A stretch of 64,000 nt of DNA, from NCBI RefSeq assembly GCF_032444005.1, contig NC_091286.1, positions 68,200,001 through 68,264,000 on the forward strand, in the 5' to 3' direction. The position numbers and the translations under genes are program-made. Positions 49,737 to 62,500 of the stretch are shown here, piece by piece. Within the stretch, counting starts at the first letter, position 1, and every line of letters begins with the position of its first letter. Origin of the DNA: Ranitomeya imitator (Eukaryota). Below the pieces are notes generated by a model. The model saw only the letters and a program-made list of their open reading frames with translations, was not told the DNA's origin and did not search any database.

Positions 49737-51140
49737 CTATATTGAGTTCCCCTTTATATGAACTGCCGACAGGGATTGTAAGTGATTCTCGGCCAGAGAC
49801 AATATCTGTGCTGTAGTGGTCATTAGGGATCGTGACCTTGTCCCCCCTGATGATTGATGTAGGCTACCACAGTCATATTGTCTGTTTGTATCTGTACATG
49901 GGAATTCCTCAGGGATGGTAGTAAGCAAAGAAGAGCCTGATTGACTGCAGCAAGCTCTCTTAGATTTGAGGAATTTTGGGACTCTTGAATCGACCATCGC
50001 CCTTGGGTTAGAATGTCTCCCATATGGGCTCCCCAACCGAACGGACTGGCATCTGTTGTAACTACATTGTCCGGAGTGATGGTCCAGAGAACTCCTTTTG
50101 ACAAATGTGCTAGATTGAGCCACCATCTCAGATCGTGAAGAGTGGCGGGTGATAATTTGAACTTCCTGCTTAGAGCACCGTGAAGATCTTTCTCTGCTTG
50201 AAGAACTTCGTATTGAAGCATTCGGGTATGAGCCTGAGCCCATCTCACCGCCGATATACACGCAGTCAAAGATCCCAGTAGAGACATTGCGTCTCTTAAA
50301 CTTAAGTTTGGAATTTCTCTTACGGCCGTGATCCTTTGAATGATCTTCTGCTTCTTCTCTTCTGGTAGGAAGAACTCCTAGGAACATTTGACGTCTTGTG
50401 GGTTCCAGTGTTGACTTTTCCCAGTTGATAATCCATCCGAGTTCCTGTAGGGATGATATTATGGCATTTACCCTAGACGTACACTGAGCAATTGAATTTC
50501 CAACTATCAAAAAATCGTCTAGATAGGGCACTACAAGGGTTTCCTTTTCCCTGATATGGGCCATTACTTCCAAAACAACCTTCGTAAAAACTCTAGGTGC
50601 CATGGACAGGCCAAAGGGCATTGCCAAAAATTGAAAATGTTTAATCTTATGGTTTACCCATACTGCCATCCTGAGGAATTGCTGGTGATTTCTGTGAACT
50701 GGAAGATGGTAGTACGCATTTTTTAGATCCAAGACCGACATGTAGCACCTAGGAATCAAAAGCTTAGTTGCTGATTTAATGGATTCCATCTTAAAAGCGT
50801 GGTACTGAAGATATTTATTTAATTTACGTAAATTTATGATAGTCCTAAAGGACCCATCAGGTTTAGAGATTAAGAATAGCGGAGAATAAAAACCCGTCTT
50901 CTCCTGATGTTTTGGTACTTCTTCAATAACTCGCTTTGTAAGCAATTGTTGAATCTCTAATTCTAAGGCCTGTTGTTGGGCCGGAGTGTCCAGTGATGTT
51001 ATTACAAAATGATTTGGGGGAGTTCTCAAAAATTCTAGTTTTAACCCTGACTCGACTACCCCCATTATCCAGGCACTAGAAGTTATCTTTCTCCATTCTT
51101 CTGAGAAGAACCTTAGTCTTTCCCCTACTGGTAGATCTGT
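49737..51140 (-). pseudogene. DIRS reverse transcriptase and RNase H, with a deletion/frameshift between them
   Basis: FYSPLFLISKPDGSFRTIINL, LDLKNAYYH, MPFGLSMAPRVFTK and PYLDDFL; RNase H TTDASPFGWG...RELAAV...TDNMTVVAYINHQGG. Confidence 0.94.
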
Positions 51141-51141
51141 T

Positions 51142-52586
51142 CTATCTGTAATTACGTCTACGTCTTGAGAAAGATGAAGGGTTCTTATAGTATCCACCTT
51201 TCTTCTTTTGATCCGACGTTTCCCAGTCACGATTATATCCCTGTTGGTCTGACTGGAATTTTCTGAAGGGCATGCATCTCCGGAAGGCATTCCTAAAAGT
51301 GGGATTAAATGTTTTAGGAAATCCCTTCTTTCTGTCTTCTGCCTTTGCAAGGATGTCATCCAGCACCAGGCCGAATAGGTACTCACCCTTACACGGAATG
51401 GAGCACAATTTGGCTTTAGCCTGAGCATCCCCCTTCCAGGTCTTTAGCCATAGTGCCCGTCTGGCTGCATTCGAAAGACATTCCGATCTTGCGGCCAATT
51501 TCAGGGAATCAATCGAGGCATCCGCTAGATAAGCTGCTCCTTCTCTGACCTGAGACAGGGAATTCAACAATTTATCCCTGGGTACCTTTGCTTTGAGCTG
51601 TTCCTCCAGCTGAGTCACCCAGACCATGATTGATCTAGCCGTACAGGTGCCTGCGGTAGCGGGTTTAAAGGCTCCAGATGACGACTCCCATAGTTTTTTA
51701 AGGAGCATGTCAGCCTTCCTGTCTGAAGGATCCTTGAGGAGCCCTACATCTTCTAACAGTAATGAGGCTGTCTTTGAAGTAGAGGCTACTGCCCCATCCA
51801 CTTTCGGAACCTTCATCCACTGGGATAAGGTGTCATCCTCAAAGGGGTACCTTCTTTTTGCAGCTGAAGGTAAAAACCCCTTATCCAGCTTGTCCCACTC
51901 CCATCTGACCAGATCCTTAACTGAATCCACCACTGGGAAAGCTTTCCGACTTCTCTGGCTCAGCCCTGCGAACATGATCTCCTGGGTTGTTTTCGGTTCT
52001 TTACTCTCTGCAACCCCCATAGTCGCACGGACTGCTCTGATTAAGGTCTCCATACTATCCGTGGAAAAGCAAGGCCTTCCCTCCTCATCTGAAGAGGATG
52101 CCGAAGAACTTTCCGAGCATTCGCCCTCTTGTAGCGAAGGGCTGGAATCGGACACTAACTCCACACTGCTTTTTTTATGCCGTCTGGATTTAAGGGATGA
52201 TTTTATTTCTTCCCTAATTACTTCCCTCAAATCCGATACCCGGAGAGGGGCCTCTTCTTCTAACGTACGGCATATACATGTTTGACATAATTTCTTTACA
52301 TAGGTGTCAGGTAGAGGCTCTGTGCATAAAGCACACTGCTTATGCTTAGATTTGGAGACCTTCTTCCCCTACAACAAAGCATAGTATAGAAAAACAGTTG
52401 TATCAGGCAATGGTTCACATATCAAACTCACCACTGCTGACAAATATAGAGTACCGGTTTCTGAGGGGGTGAGGTGCGACGTGACGTCGGGTTGCCAGGG
52501 TCCTGCTGCCCGCGTACCACATCCCCACTAAGAGACCTGCTGATGTGCTCTCCTTGTCTGTGTTCGGCGTCTCCTGCCGAAGACAT
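51142..52586 (-). CDS. DIRS ORF1 (gag-like): predicted two exons, 52455-52586 and 51142-52368, with a C-x2-C-x12-C-x2-C finger
   Basis: The frame is open from 52368 to the stop at 51142 (GKKVSKSKHKQCALC...CQTC...KVDGAVA...LLKDPSDRKAD...AARRALWLKTW). The exon join is inferred. Confidence 0.7.
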
Positions 52587-54396
52587 GTTGCCGCACACAC
52601 ACTCACCTGAGCGCTGCTTCCTTTCAAAAGTCCCGCGCTCCTCCCGGTCTCCTCCGGAAGCCGTTACCTTTACTTCCGGGTCATAAGCGCCGACCTGCTC
52701 CAGCAGCATCGCGCGCGTGTGGACGACCCAGGGCGGCGTGCCTTCCCCCGGGAACGCAACTAATCCTCGCCAGACGAGGGGGGAGGCTGAAAACAAGACT
52801 TCCCCCGACGCTGCTTCCGGGCCCCTGACTCTGCCGTTCCCCCCCCGGACACCGCACAGAGGCTTGGCAGACCCGGGTAAGACAGAAAGACTCCTGCAGG
52901 CTCCCGCCGTCCGGACAGGAACCCAAACTGGAGGGCGAGGGGGGCCGCCCCTTTTTAACCTGTAGGTTCCTGTCCGGAAGGTGGGCGGATCCCCTCTCTC
53001 GTTGTGGGTGCTGTCGTGGCGATAGGAAAAATGAAACTTTATTATCATACCACTGAACAAAATGTGGAATAACACGCGATCATAAAGACTAATATAAATA
53101 ACCAGAGTACCGCTGAAAATGTCATCTTGTCCCGCAAAAAAGAGCCACCATACAGTGTCATCAGCAAAAAAATAAGTTATAGTCCTCAGAATAAAGTGAT
53201 GCAAAAATTATTATTTTTTATGTAAAATAGTTTTTATCATATAAAAGCGCCAAAACATAAAAAAGTTATAAATGAGCCATCACTGTAATCGTTCTGACCT
53301 GAAGACTAAAACTGCTTTATCAATTTTACTAAACGTGGGACGGTATAAGCGCCCCTCCCAAAAGTAATTCGTGAATAGCTGGTTTTTGTTCATTCTTCCT
53401 CACAAAAATCGGAATAAAAAGCGATCAAAAAATGTTACGTGTCTGAAAATGGTACCAATAAAAACCAACTCGTCCCGCAAAAAAACAAGACCTCACATGA
53501 CTGTGGACCAAAATATGGAAAAATTATACCTCTCAAAATGTGGAGACGCAAAAACTATTTTTTGCAATAAAAAGCGTCTTTTAGCGTGTGACGGCTGCCA
53601 ATCATAAAAATCCACTAAAAAAACCCCGCTATCAATAGTAAATCAAACCCCCCTTCATCACCCCCTTATTTATTGAAAATAATAAAAAAAATTATTTCCA
53701 TTTTTCCGTTAGGGTTTGGATTACATTTACAGTTGGGATAAGGGTTGGGATTAGGGTTAGGGGTGTGGTTAGTATTATGGTTGAGATTAGGGTTAGGGGT
53801 GTTTGGGTAAGAGTTTCAGTTATAATTGGGGGGTTTCCACTGTTTAGGCACATCAGGGTCTCTCCAAACGCAACATGGCGTCCGATCTCAATTCCAGCCA
53901 ATTCTGCGCTGAAAAAGTAAAACAGTGCTCTCTCCCTTCCCAGCTCTCCCGTGCACCCAAACAGGGGTTTACCCAAACATATGGGGTATCAGCGTACTCA
54001 GGACAAATTGGACAACAACTTTTGGAGTCCAATTTCTCCTGTTACCCTTGGGAAAATACAAAACCGGGGGCTAAAAAATAATTTTTGTGGAAAAAAAAAA
54101 TATATAGAATATTTATTTTCACGGCTCTGCATTATAAACAGTAGTGAAACACTTGGAGGTTTAAAGTTTTCACAACACATCTAGATAAGTTCCTTAGGGG
54201 TCTTCTTTCCAAAATGGTGTCACTTGTGGGAGGTTTCAATGTTTAGGCACATCAGGGGCTCTCCAAAAGAGACATGGCGTCTTAACTCAATTACAGTCAA
54301 TTCTGCATTGAAAAGTCAAATGGCGGTATCAGCATACTCAGAACAAATTGTACAATAACTTTTGGGGTCCAATTTCTCCTGTTAACCTTGGTAAAT

Positions 54397-54708
54397 TAAA
54401 TGGTAAATCGCTGCGGAATATGTTTGCGCTATATAAAGATAAAGATGATTATTATTGATGATTATTGATGATGTGATCCTCAACCTACTGAACAGCCGCA
54501 CAGCCAGCTTTTCCCTCTCCTAGTGTATCCTCACCCACCCCCTGCAGACTGTGAGCCCTCGCGGGCAGGGTCCTCCCTCCTTATGTACTCGTGTGCCTTG
54601 TTATCTGCTCATGTTTAATGTATTTGTCTATATTGGCCCCGTATTCACATGTAAAGCGCCATGGAATAAATGGCGCTATAAAAATGTATAATAATAATTA
54701 TTATTATT
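54397..54708 (+). mobile_element. Two tandem L2 3'-end fragments
   Basis: Two 3' hairpins (~54408-54435 and ~54655-54680), each followed by a simple-repeat tail. Confidence 0.8.
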
Positions 54709-55298
54709 TAAAACAAATTGGAGCTAAAGTAAATTTTTTGTGAAAAAAAGGTAAATGTTCGATTTTTTTTTTTTTTTTAAACATTTCAAAAATTCCTGTG
54801 AAATACCTGAAGGGTTAAACTTCTTGAATGTGGTTTTGAGCACCTTGAGGGGTGCAGTTTTTAGAGTGGTGTCACACTTGGGTTCTTTCTATCATATAGA
54901 CCCCGCAAAATGACTTCAAATGTGATGTAGTCCCTAAAAAAAAGAAATGGTGTTGTAAAAATGAGAAATTGCTGGTCAACTTTTAACCCTTATAACTCCC
55001 TATTAAAAAAAAAAAATTTGTTCCAAAATTGTGCTGATGTAAAGTAGACATGTGGGAAATGTTACTTACGGTATTACCGTAAGTATTTTGTGTGACATAT
55101 CTCTGTGATTTAAGGGCATAAAAATTCAAAGTTGGAAAATTGCGAAATTGTCAAAATTTTCATCAAACTTACGTTTTTTTTTCACAAATAAACGCAGGTA
55201 ATATCAAATAAATTTTACCACTAACATGAAATACAATATGTCACGAGAAAACAATGTCAGAATCAGTGGGATCCGTTGAAGCGTTCCAGAGTTATAAC

Positions 55299-55682
55299 TA
55301 GTGTTGAGCATTCCGATACCGCAAGTATCGGGTATCGGCCGATATTTGCGGTATCGGAATTCCGATACAGAGATCCGATATTTTTGTGATATCGGGTATC
55401 GGTATCGAATCAATAGGGATGCGTAAAATAAAGAATTAAAATAAAAAATATTGATATGCTCACCTCTCCGGCGGCCCCTGGACTTCACGCTGCTATCCGG
55501 GAGGCTTCTTTGTTTAAAAAGCGCGCCTTTCGGACCTGTGAATGACGTCCCGGCTTCTGATTGGTCGCGTGCCGCCCATGTGACCGGCACGCGACCAATC
55601 AGAGGCCGCGACGTCATTCGCAGGTCCTCAATTCCTAGAATTAGCAGTTTTGTGAATGAGAATGACGTCGCGGCTTCTGATT
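55299..55682. mobile_element. Truncated hAT-type MITE (TAGTGTTGAGC end)
   Basis: Terminus TAGTGTTGAGCATTCCGATACC with subterminal GTATCGG repeats. Confidence 0.65.
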
Positions 55683-56286
55683 GAAAAATATATCTGCGGG
55701 TTTTACCGCGGTTTGTGGTGCAGAACCGCTGCAGTGTGGCTGCCCCCCCGTGCTCCAATCCCACCCCCCCATGCTCCGACGCCCCCCCCCCCCCCTTATA
55801 CTTACCCGGCCTCCCGGTGTCCGTCCGGCCGTCTTTTCCCTGGGCGCCGCCATCTTGCAAAATGGCGGGCGCATGCGCAGTGCGCCCGCCGAATCTGCCG
55901 GCCGGCAGATTTGTTCCAAAGTGCATTTTGATCACTGAGATATAACCTATTTCAGTGATCAAAATAAAAAAAATAGTAAATGACACCCTCCCCCCGCCCC
56001 CCTTTGTCAGCCCCATAGGTAGGGACAATAAAAAAATTAAGAATTTTTTTTTTTTCACTAAGGTTAGAATAGGGTTAGGGTATTTTCAGCCATTTTAACT
56101 TTAAAAAACTTCCTAGAAAAACATACAGACTCTGCATAGAAAAATGCATCAAAAAACGCATCAAAAAACGCACCAAAAAACGCACCAAAAAACGCACCAA
56201 AAAAAGGACGTGCGTTTTCTGCCAAGAGCTGCGGTTTTTAGTCCTGAAAAAAAAAGGAGGGAAATCAGGAACGTGTGAACATACCC
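55683..56286 (+). mobile_element. Fragment of the 16725-family left region plus a partial Harbinger MITE
   Basis: 55790-56075 is similar to 17320-17585; the segment ends CGTGTGAACATACCC-TTA. Confidence 0.7.
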
Positions 56287-56459
56287 TTAGGGCCTCTTTA
56301 GTGGTAATATCAATGCAAAACAACTAGATATTGATAGTCTAACCTAAACGTAATATAAAAGTCCTGAAAAACCCTTAAAAAGGTTTCTCAAAGAAACTTT
56401 AAGCAATAGATCTTGAAATAATGATTCACCTTCAAGGCTTGCATCCGTGGATATTAGTG

Positions 56460-56535
56460 TATGTGTGTATACATATATACACACACACACACACATATAT
56501 ACACATACATACATACATATATACACACACGTATA
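56460..56535. repeat. Compound TA/CA microsatellite
   Basis: Direct reading. Confidence 0.9.
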
Positions 56536-56559
56536 TACTTTTGCTTTTTTGTGAATCAC

Positions 56560-59500
56560 ACTACCATCACCAAGATAGGGCGGGAATTAGTGCGGTGCTG
56601 TCATGGATCTGGAAAATCTAATTATCGTATTTTTCAGACTATAAGATGCACCGGACTATAAGACGCACCCAGGTTGTAGAGGTGGAAAATAGGGAAAAAA
56701 ATATTTGAAGCAAAAAAGGTGGTAAAATATTTAATAACATAAACATACTATTATATGTGTTGTTATTATATATAATAGTATGTTATTATGTTGGAAGCTG
56801 CGGGTAGAAGATGGTGCAGCGGAACCAGTGTGGTGTCTGTAAAGTACTATATGAAGATGCTGGAGGATGAGTATAAGAATGGGGGCACAGGGATTATATT
56901 GAAAGCACCACTCCAGCACTGAAAAATAACACTGGAGTGCTGCTTTGGGATCCCATTGGGAGAACTATAACTCCCAGCATATCCTGCAGAACCTATGGCA
57001 TGCTGGGAGTTATAGTTCACCACAGAAGTGGCAGAGTGCTTTATTGTGTGTTGTGACAAACCTTTTAATTGTGGCAGCCAGCCATACTGTGGTGAGATAA
57101 AATGCTGGAGCATCCCATGACACCACAGAGCGCTCCCTCTTGTTGTCTCTCCACAGCACAGGAGCAAGCTTGCAGATTGCAGTGTGGTGTCTGCATGACC
57201 TGTGATGACATCAGAAGAGGGAGGGCTCTGTGCTGTCATGTGATGCTCCAGCCCGCCCTCTTCATGACATCACAGGTCCTTATGCCCAGTACTCAGCATC
57301 CAGCACAGCCCTGGCAGGCAGGTACACAGCGATCTTGTCCCCTTTGGCCCCTGCTGCTGCCTCTTCCACCAGACACACAGATCTCCCCAGCTGCTGCAGG
57401 AATCCAGCGCTGGGGAAACCATGTGTGTCCCTGTGAAGGAGTATTCATTTGCTGCCCCAGACTCACTGCTCAGCTGACAGGTGGGCGGGGAAGCAGCTAA
57501 TGAATATTCACTGCACTTTAATGATCGGGACCATGTGGTTTCCCCAGTGCTGATTCCTGAAGCCTGGCAGGGACATTTTTCTGCCTCCTGCCTCCCAGTG
57601 CAATCAAACTCGCTGCTGCTCCCTCTTCAAGTTACATCCATACCATAAAACGCACCCACAGTAGTTTCCTCTCAAATTTGGAGGAAAAAAATTGCGTCTT
57701 ATGGTCAGAAAAATACGGTACTCGTAAGTAATAATTTTTTCCCTTCCCCATGACCGCACAGTTAGGTGAGAGGAAGAAATAGAAAAGACTCCTAGGGTGG
57801 GACAACAGCAGATAACACCTTTCTCCCAAAGGCAAGACTTGATAACCCCAGATATAGCCTGTAGTGGCGGAAGAAAGTAGTAGGTGAGGACCATACTGCT
57901 GCATTACAGTTCTGTTCTATAGATGCGTATGCCCTCTTGGCCCAGGATGTGGCAATAGCCCTTGTAGAGTGAGGCGTTACACCCAGTGGAATGCTTTGCC
58001 CCAAAGAGGAGTAAGAAAGTGATATAGCCATACAAAGCCACCGTGTGATGGTTGATTTTGTGGCCTTTTTCCCCCTGTTTGCCCCCTGGAAGGAAGCAAA
58101 AAGGGCTGACGACTGACACCATGGTTTTGACACTTCTAGATATTGAAGTAGACAACGTCTGACGTCTAGGCAATGGAAGGTTTATTCTCCCTGGGATTTG
58201 GGGGAAGCACAAAATGAGGGCAGCACTATCTCCTGATCCCTGTGAAATTTAGAGTTGACCTTTGGTAAGAAGGCCGGGTCAGTTTTAATAATTGCTCTGT
58301 CATCCATAAACACAGTATATGGGGGATCTACAGATATGGCTTGGAGCTCACTAATACGTCTAGCAGACGTAAGGGCAATCAGGAGAACAGTTTAAGGTTA
58401 AGGCTTTTACCGAGATGGCAGAAAGAGGCTCAAAAGGAGAGGAGGTTAAGGCATTCAATACTAAATTTAGATCCCAGGGAGCAACCTTTGGACGGGGTTT
58501 AAATGGTCTGGCCGTAAAGGAGGCTCGGATGAATCTATACACCCAGGGGTGATTAGCCAATTTCTGTTCAAACAGGGCGCTAAGCGCCAAAACCTGCACT
58601 TTTAAATTGCTGGTAGACAACCCCCTTTCCAACCCTTTCTGGAGGAATTCTAGAACCTCAGCCATTGGAACTTTTTGGATGGTATTTAACAGGTGTCGTC
58701 CCGAAAATTCTAGAAATTTTTCCCACACCTTTTGTTATTTATCAGATGTGACCTTTTTCCTACTGGATAGCAGGGTAGTGACTAACGGGTCAGAGAATCC
58801 CTTTGCTAGCAGAAGTCCCCTTAAGTTCCACGCAGTGAGGTGCAGGTTGTGTACTTGAGGATGCGTTACCGGACCCTGGTGTAAGATTTGGGACATCTGG
58901 AAGGATCCAAGGGTCAGAGATGAACATAAGCCTGAGCCAAGTCAACCATGCTCTCTTCGGCCTGAAGGGTGCGATTAGGATTATGTGTGTTTTGTCCTCC
59001 CAGATTTTCTTTAGGACTGTAGGAATTAGTGGGATAGGTGGAAAAGCGTAAGCAAGTTGATATTTCCACGGGTGAAGCAACGCATCCACACCCTCTGGAT
59101 TTTCCCTTGGGTTCAGGGAGTAGAACTTTTCCACTTTCCGGTTTTGTTTTGTGGAAAACAGGTCTACTTGGGGAACCCCCCAGGCGGCACAGATTTATCC
59201 AAAGACGCTTTGATCTAAGGACCATTCACCTTGATGTAGCACATGTTAACTTAAGAAGTCTGCAACAAGGTTGTCTGCTACTCTTAGGTGTGTGCTTGTT
59301 AGTGACAGGAGATGGTTTTCACCCCCCAGTAAAACAGTATTTTTGCCTCTTCCAACAACAGTCTCGATCTTGTTCCCCCTTGACGGTTTATGTATGAAAC
59401 TGTTGTGCTGTTGTCGGACAACACCACTAGATGTCTTCCTTTTATGTGTTCTTCTGCTTGAAGAATTGCTAGCCTTACTGCTGTTCGTTCCTTAAGGTTT

Positions 59501-62500
59501 GAGGAGGCCGATTCCATCTGGGGATCCCAAAGGCCTTGCAGGATATGATCTTTGAGGTGCGCCCCCCAGCCTAATGGACTCGCACCCGTTGATAGAACCA
59601 GGGGATTGTGTATTGACCATGAAACCTCTTTTTTTAAGTTTTTGGTTTCTAACCACCAATTTAGAGAGTCCCGTACCTGTGGTGCTAATGTGATTTTTCG
59701 GTTCAAGTTGTAAGGGTTTTTTACTTGTTCTGACAATATCTGCCACTGTAACTCTCTGGAATGTAGTTATGCCCATTGGACAGCCGGGATCGATGCTGTC
59801 AGCATACCCAGTAGAGACATGGCTGGCCTCCCTCACCGAGATGGATCGGGTACTCTGTGCTGGTCTTATCCTTTGTTTTATAGCCTCGACCTTCCTGTCC
59901 AGAAGGACACAGACTTGTTTGGTTGAGTTTATCTGACTCCCCAGGAACTCTTGTATCTGGGTTGGAATCATTTTTGACTTTTTAAAATTTATTATCCATC
60001 CTAGCCTGGACAGTATCTCCAGTACTTTCACTACTGTCTCCATGCAGTCCTCCTGGGTGTCTGCTATAAGGAGAAAATCGTCTAAGTAGGGTACTAGAAG
60101 AATATTTTCTTTCCTTATGTAGGATGTTATCTCTGAAATTATTTTTGTGAAGATACGAGGGGCTATTGACACCCCAAACGGGAGGCATTGATATTGTAGA
60201 TGGGTGTACACCTGATCCAGCAGTACCACCATCCTCAGAGACTGTTGATGTTCTATGCAGATTGGTACATGGTAGTATGCATCCGTAAGATCTATCACTG
60301 CCTTGTAACAACCCAGATACAGTAATTTTATTGCTGATTTTAGTGTTTCCATTTTGAATTTTTCTACCCGGATGTATTGGTTTAGGGCTTTTAAATTGAA
60401 ATTTTTCTTAGTGACCCATCCGGTTTTGGCGTGAGTAATAGGGTGCTGTAAAACCCCTTCCCTATATCCTGTGGTGGTATCCTTACAAGGACTTTTTCCA
60501 GAAGCAGGAGGATTTCCCTTTCTAGCAACTTTTGGTTTTAGTGCTACGTGGGTGACTTTTCCGATGAGGAGGCTGGGTAACAAAGTTCAAACGTAGGCCT
60601 TTGGATAACAGGTCGATTACATTGTGAGGACTGTAAGGTCTCCCATTGATGGACGAAAAACCAAAGCCTTCCTCCCACCCGGACTCTGGCGTTATTGTTG
60701 TTTAGGGTCTGGTTTATGAGGGGGCTTATTGAAGAGGAAGCCTCTGTCTCTTCTATCATTCCAAGCCCTCCCCCGAGTGGATCTATCTGCTGGCCGGACT
60801 CGGCCTGCTTTACCTGACCCCCAAAAGGATCGACGCACGTCACCCCAACAGCGTCTGAACAAGGGGGCGGAGGAAATGCTTCTTATCTGCAGTCTTCTCC
60901 AAAATGTCATCTAGCGCTTTCCCAAATAGGTACGGTCTTTCACAAGGTACAGCACAAAGTTTTACCTTTGATTTGAAGTCAGCATTCCAATTCTTTAGCT
61001 ATAGTCTTCTTCTACCTGAATTGGAAAGCATGCATGCCCGAGCAGAAAAACGTACCGAGTCAATGGCAGTGTCTGCTAGGAACCCCGCCGCATTTTGTAA
61101 TGACGGTATTACTTCCATGAGTCTATCCCTTGGGAATTTGTCTCTTATTTGTTCCCCTAGTTCTTCTAACCATTTTACCACGGCCCGAGCTGTGCAGGTG
61201 GCGGCTACTGCTTCTTTGAACAACAAGGTCGACGCCTCCCAAGCAGATTTTAAAAAGGCATCCGCCTTTCTGTCAAGGGGGACCTTCAAGGCGCCCATGT
61301 CCCCTAAGGGAAGAGCAATACCTCTGGAGGTACTCGCAATGGCTGCATCAAGCTTAGGCGCTTTCTCCCATTTGTCATATCTCCTCATCAAAGGGATATT
61401 TACGTTTTAATGCCTGGGGGACTGCCATTTTCTTACTCTGCTTTTTCCATTCCTTTTTAATCAGATTTAGGACATTATCATGAAACGGAAATACCCTCTG
61501 TTTCCTTCCCTCCAAATTGTTAAACATTGAATCATGGATTGATTGCTGTTCTTTTGGGGTTTCAACTCCTAGGGTAGAACGAACAAGTTTCAACAATTTC
61601 CCAATATCTTCAGATAACACATACGGGTGACCAAACTCTTCTTCTGTAGAGTTTAAGTCAGTCACCCCCAGGCAGTAATTCCACTGGTTCCCCCTTAGAT
61701 TCTATGTCAGTTCTGTGTAGGGGCAGAAGATGTATTTTCGGAACTATGCAATTCATGTTGTTTAAAATGCTCTTTTACTGTGCTCTGGACCTCATCTCTA
61801 ACAATTGCTTTAATGTTCTGGAGTCACCGTTTTCTCTATACACGGACGACAGATCAGTTTTTCATATGCTCTAGGGAGGGCTTTCTCACAGAGTGCACAT
61901 ACTTTATTCTTTTGTTTGGACGTCACTTTCTTTCTTTGTATACGTGAAATATAGTGTTACAGATTCGTTTTTGCCTTAAAAAGGCAGTCACCCCAGGAAA
62001 CCTTAATACCACGGCAGGCTGTGGGTTCTCTGCTGGAATGGCAGATTCCACCGGGTCCGCCATTCTGCAGGAGGCTGTAGCTGGCGTCAGGATTGCCGCT
62101 CCCTCCTTAAATGATTTTAGAGCGGTGTATGCGTCCCTGAAGCTGCTCCCCTCTGGGAGTGTCAGCACACCGCTGTCACTCGGCGTGTGACATCACTTCC
62201 GGTTTGATACAGGAAGTTTCCCCATTCACTCAGCGCCTGGCGTCGTGATGGGCACGCCCCCTTACCCCAGCTCAGCCTCCGGCCAGGAGCGAATGCCGGG
62301 GAGCCCGCAGCAGGCAGGATGCTTCTCCGCAGCTCCAGGGCCCGTAAGTGGCGAGCGCGCGCCGACACCCGCCACGCGCCTTGGTCTCCGGACCAGAATC
62401 TGCCAGAGAGAGATCCCTCCGTATGCAGCACCTCAGGCTCCCCGCCAGAACAGGAAACCAAACTGAGGAGAGTGGTGCCGCCCCCATCTTTTATCTCCTC

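Larger units (their letters stand above)
47923..53030 (-). mobile_element. DIRS1-type tyrosine-recombinase retrotransposon, copy 1, structurally complete
   Basis: Inverted terminal repeats (47962-48057 and 52924-53020), ICR at 48211-48296, and ORF order gag-like, RT, RNase H, MT, YR. No TSD. Confidence 0.96.
46543..55298 (+). mobile_element. Large piggyBac-like host element carrying an LTR, DIRS copy 1 and L2 tails; right terminus missing
   Basis: TTAA-TCCCTTTATCTCATATGACGTACTATCCCGTC start, related to the 30083 end in reverse. Host sequence is continuous across the insertions. Confidence 0.7.

Noticed and set aside
51626-52285. 219-aa plus-strand ORF (also 60904-61410)
   Set aside because: Antisense shadow of DIRS ORF1.
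52428-53204. 258-aa ORF as a complete gene
   Set aside because: It starts in host-repeat DNA outside the DIRS terminus and crosses the ITR; only the part from ATG 52586 is plausible, as ORF1 exon 1.
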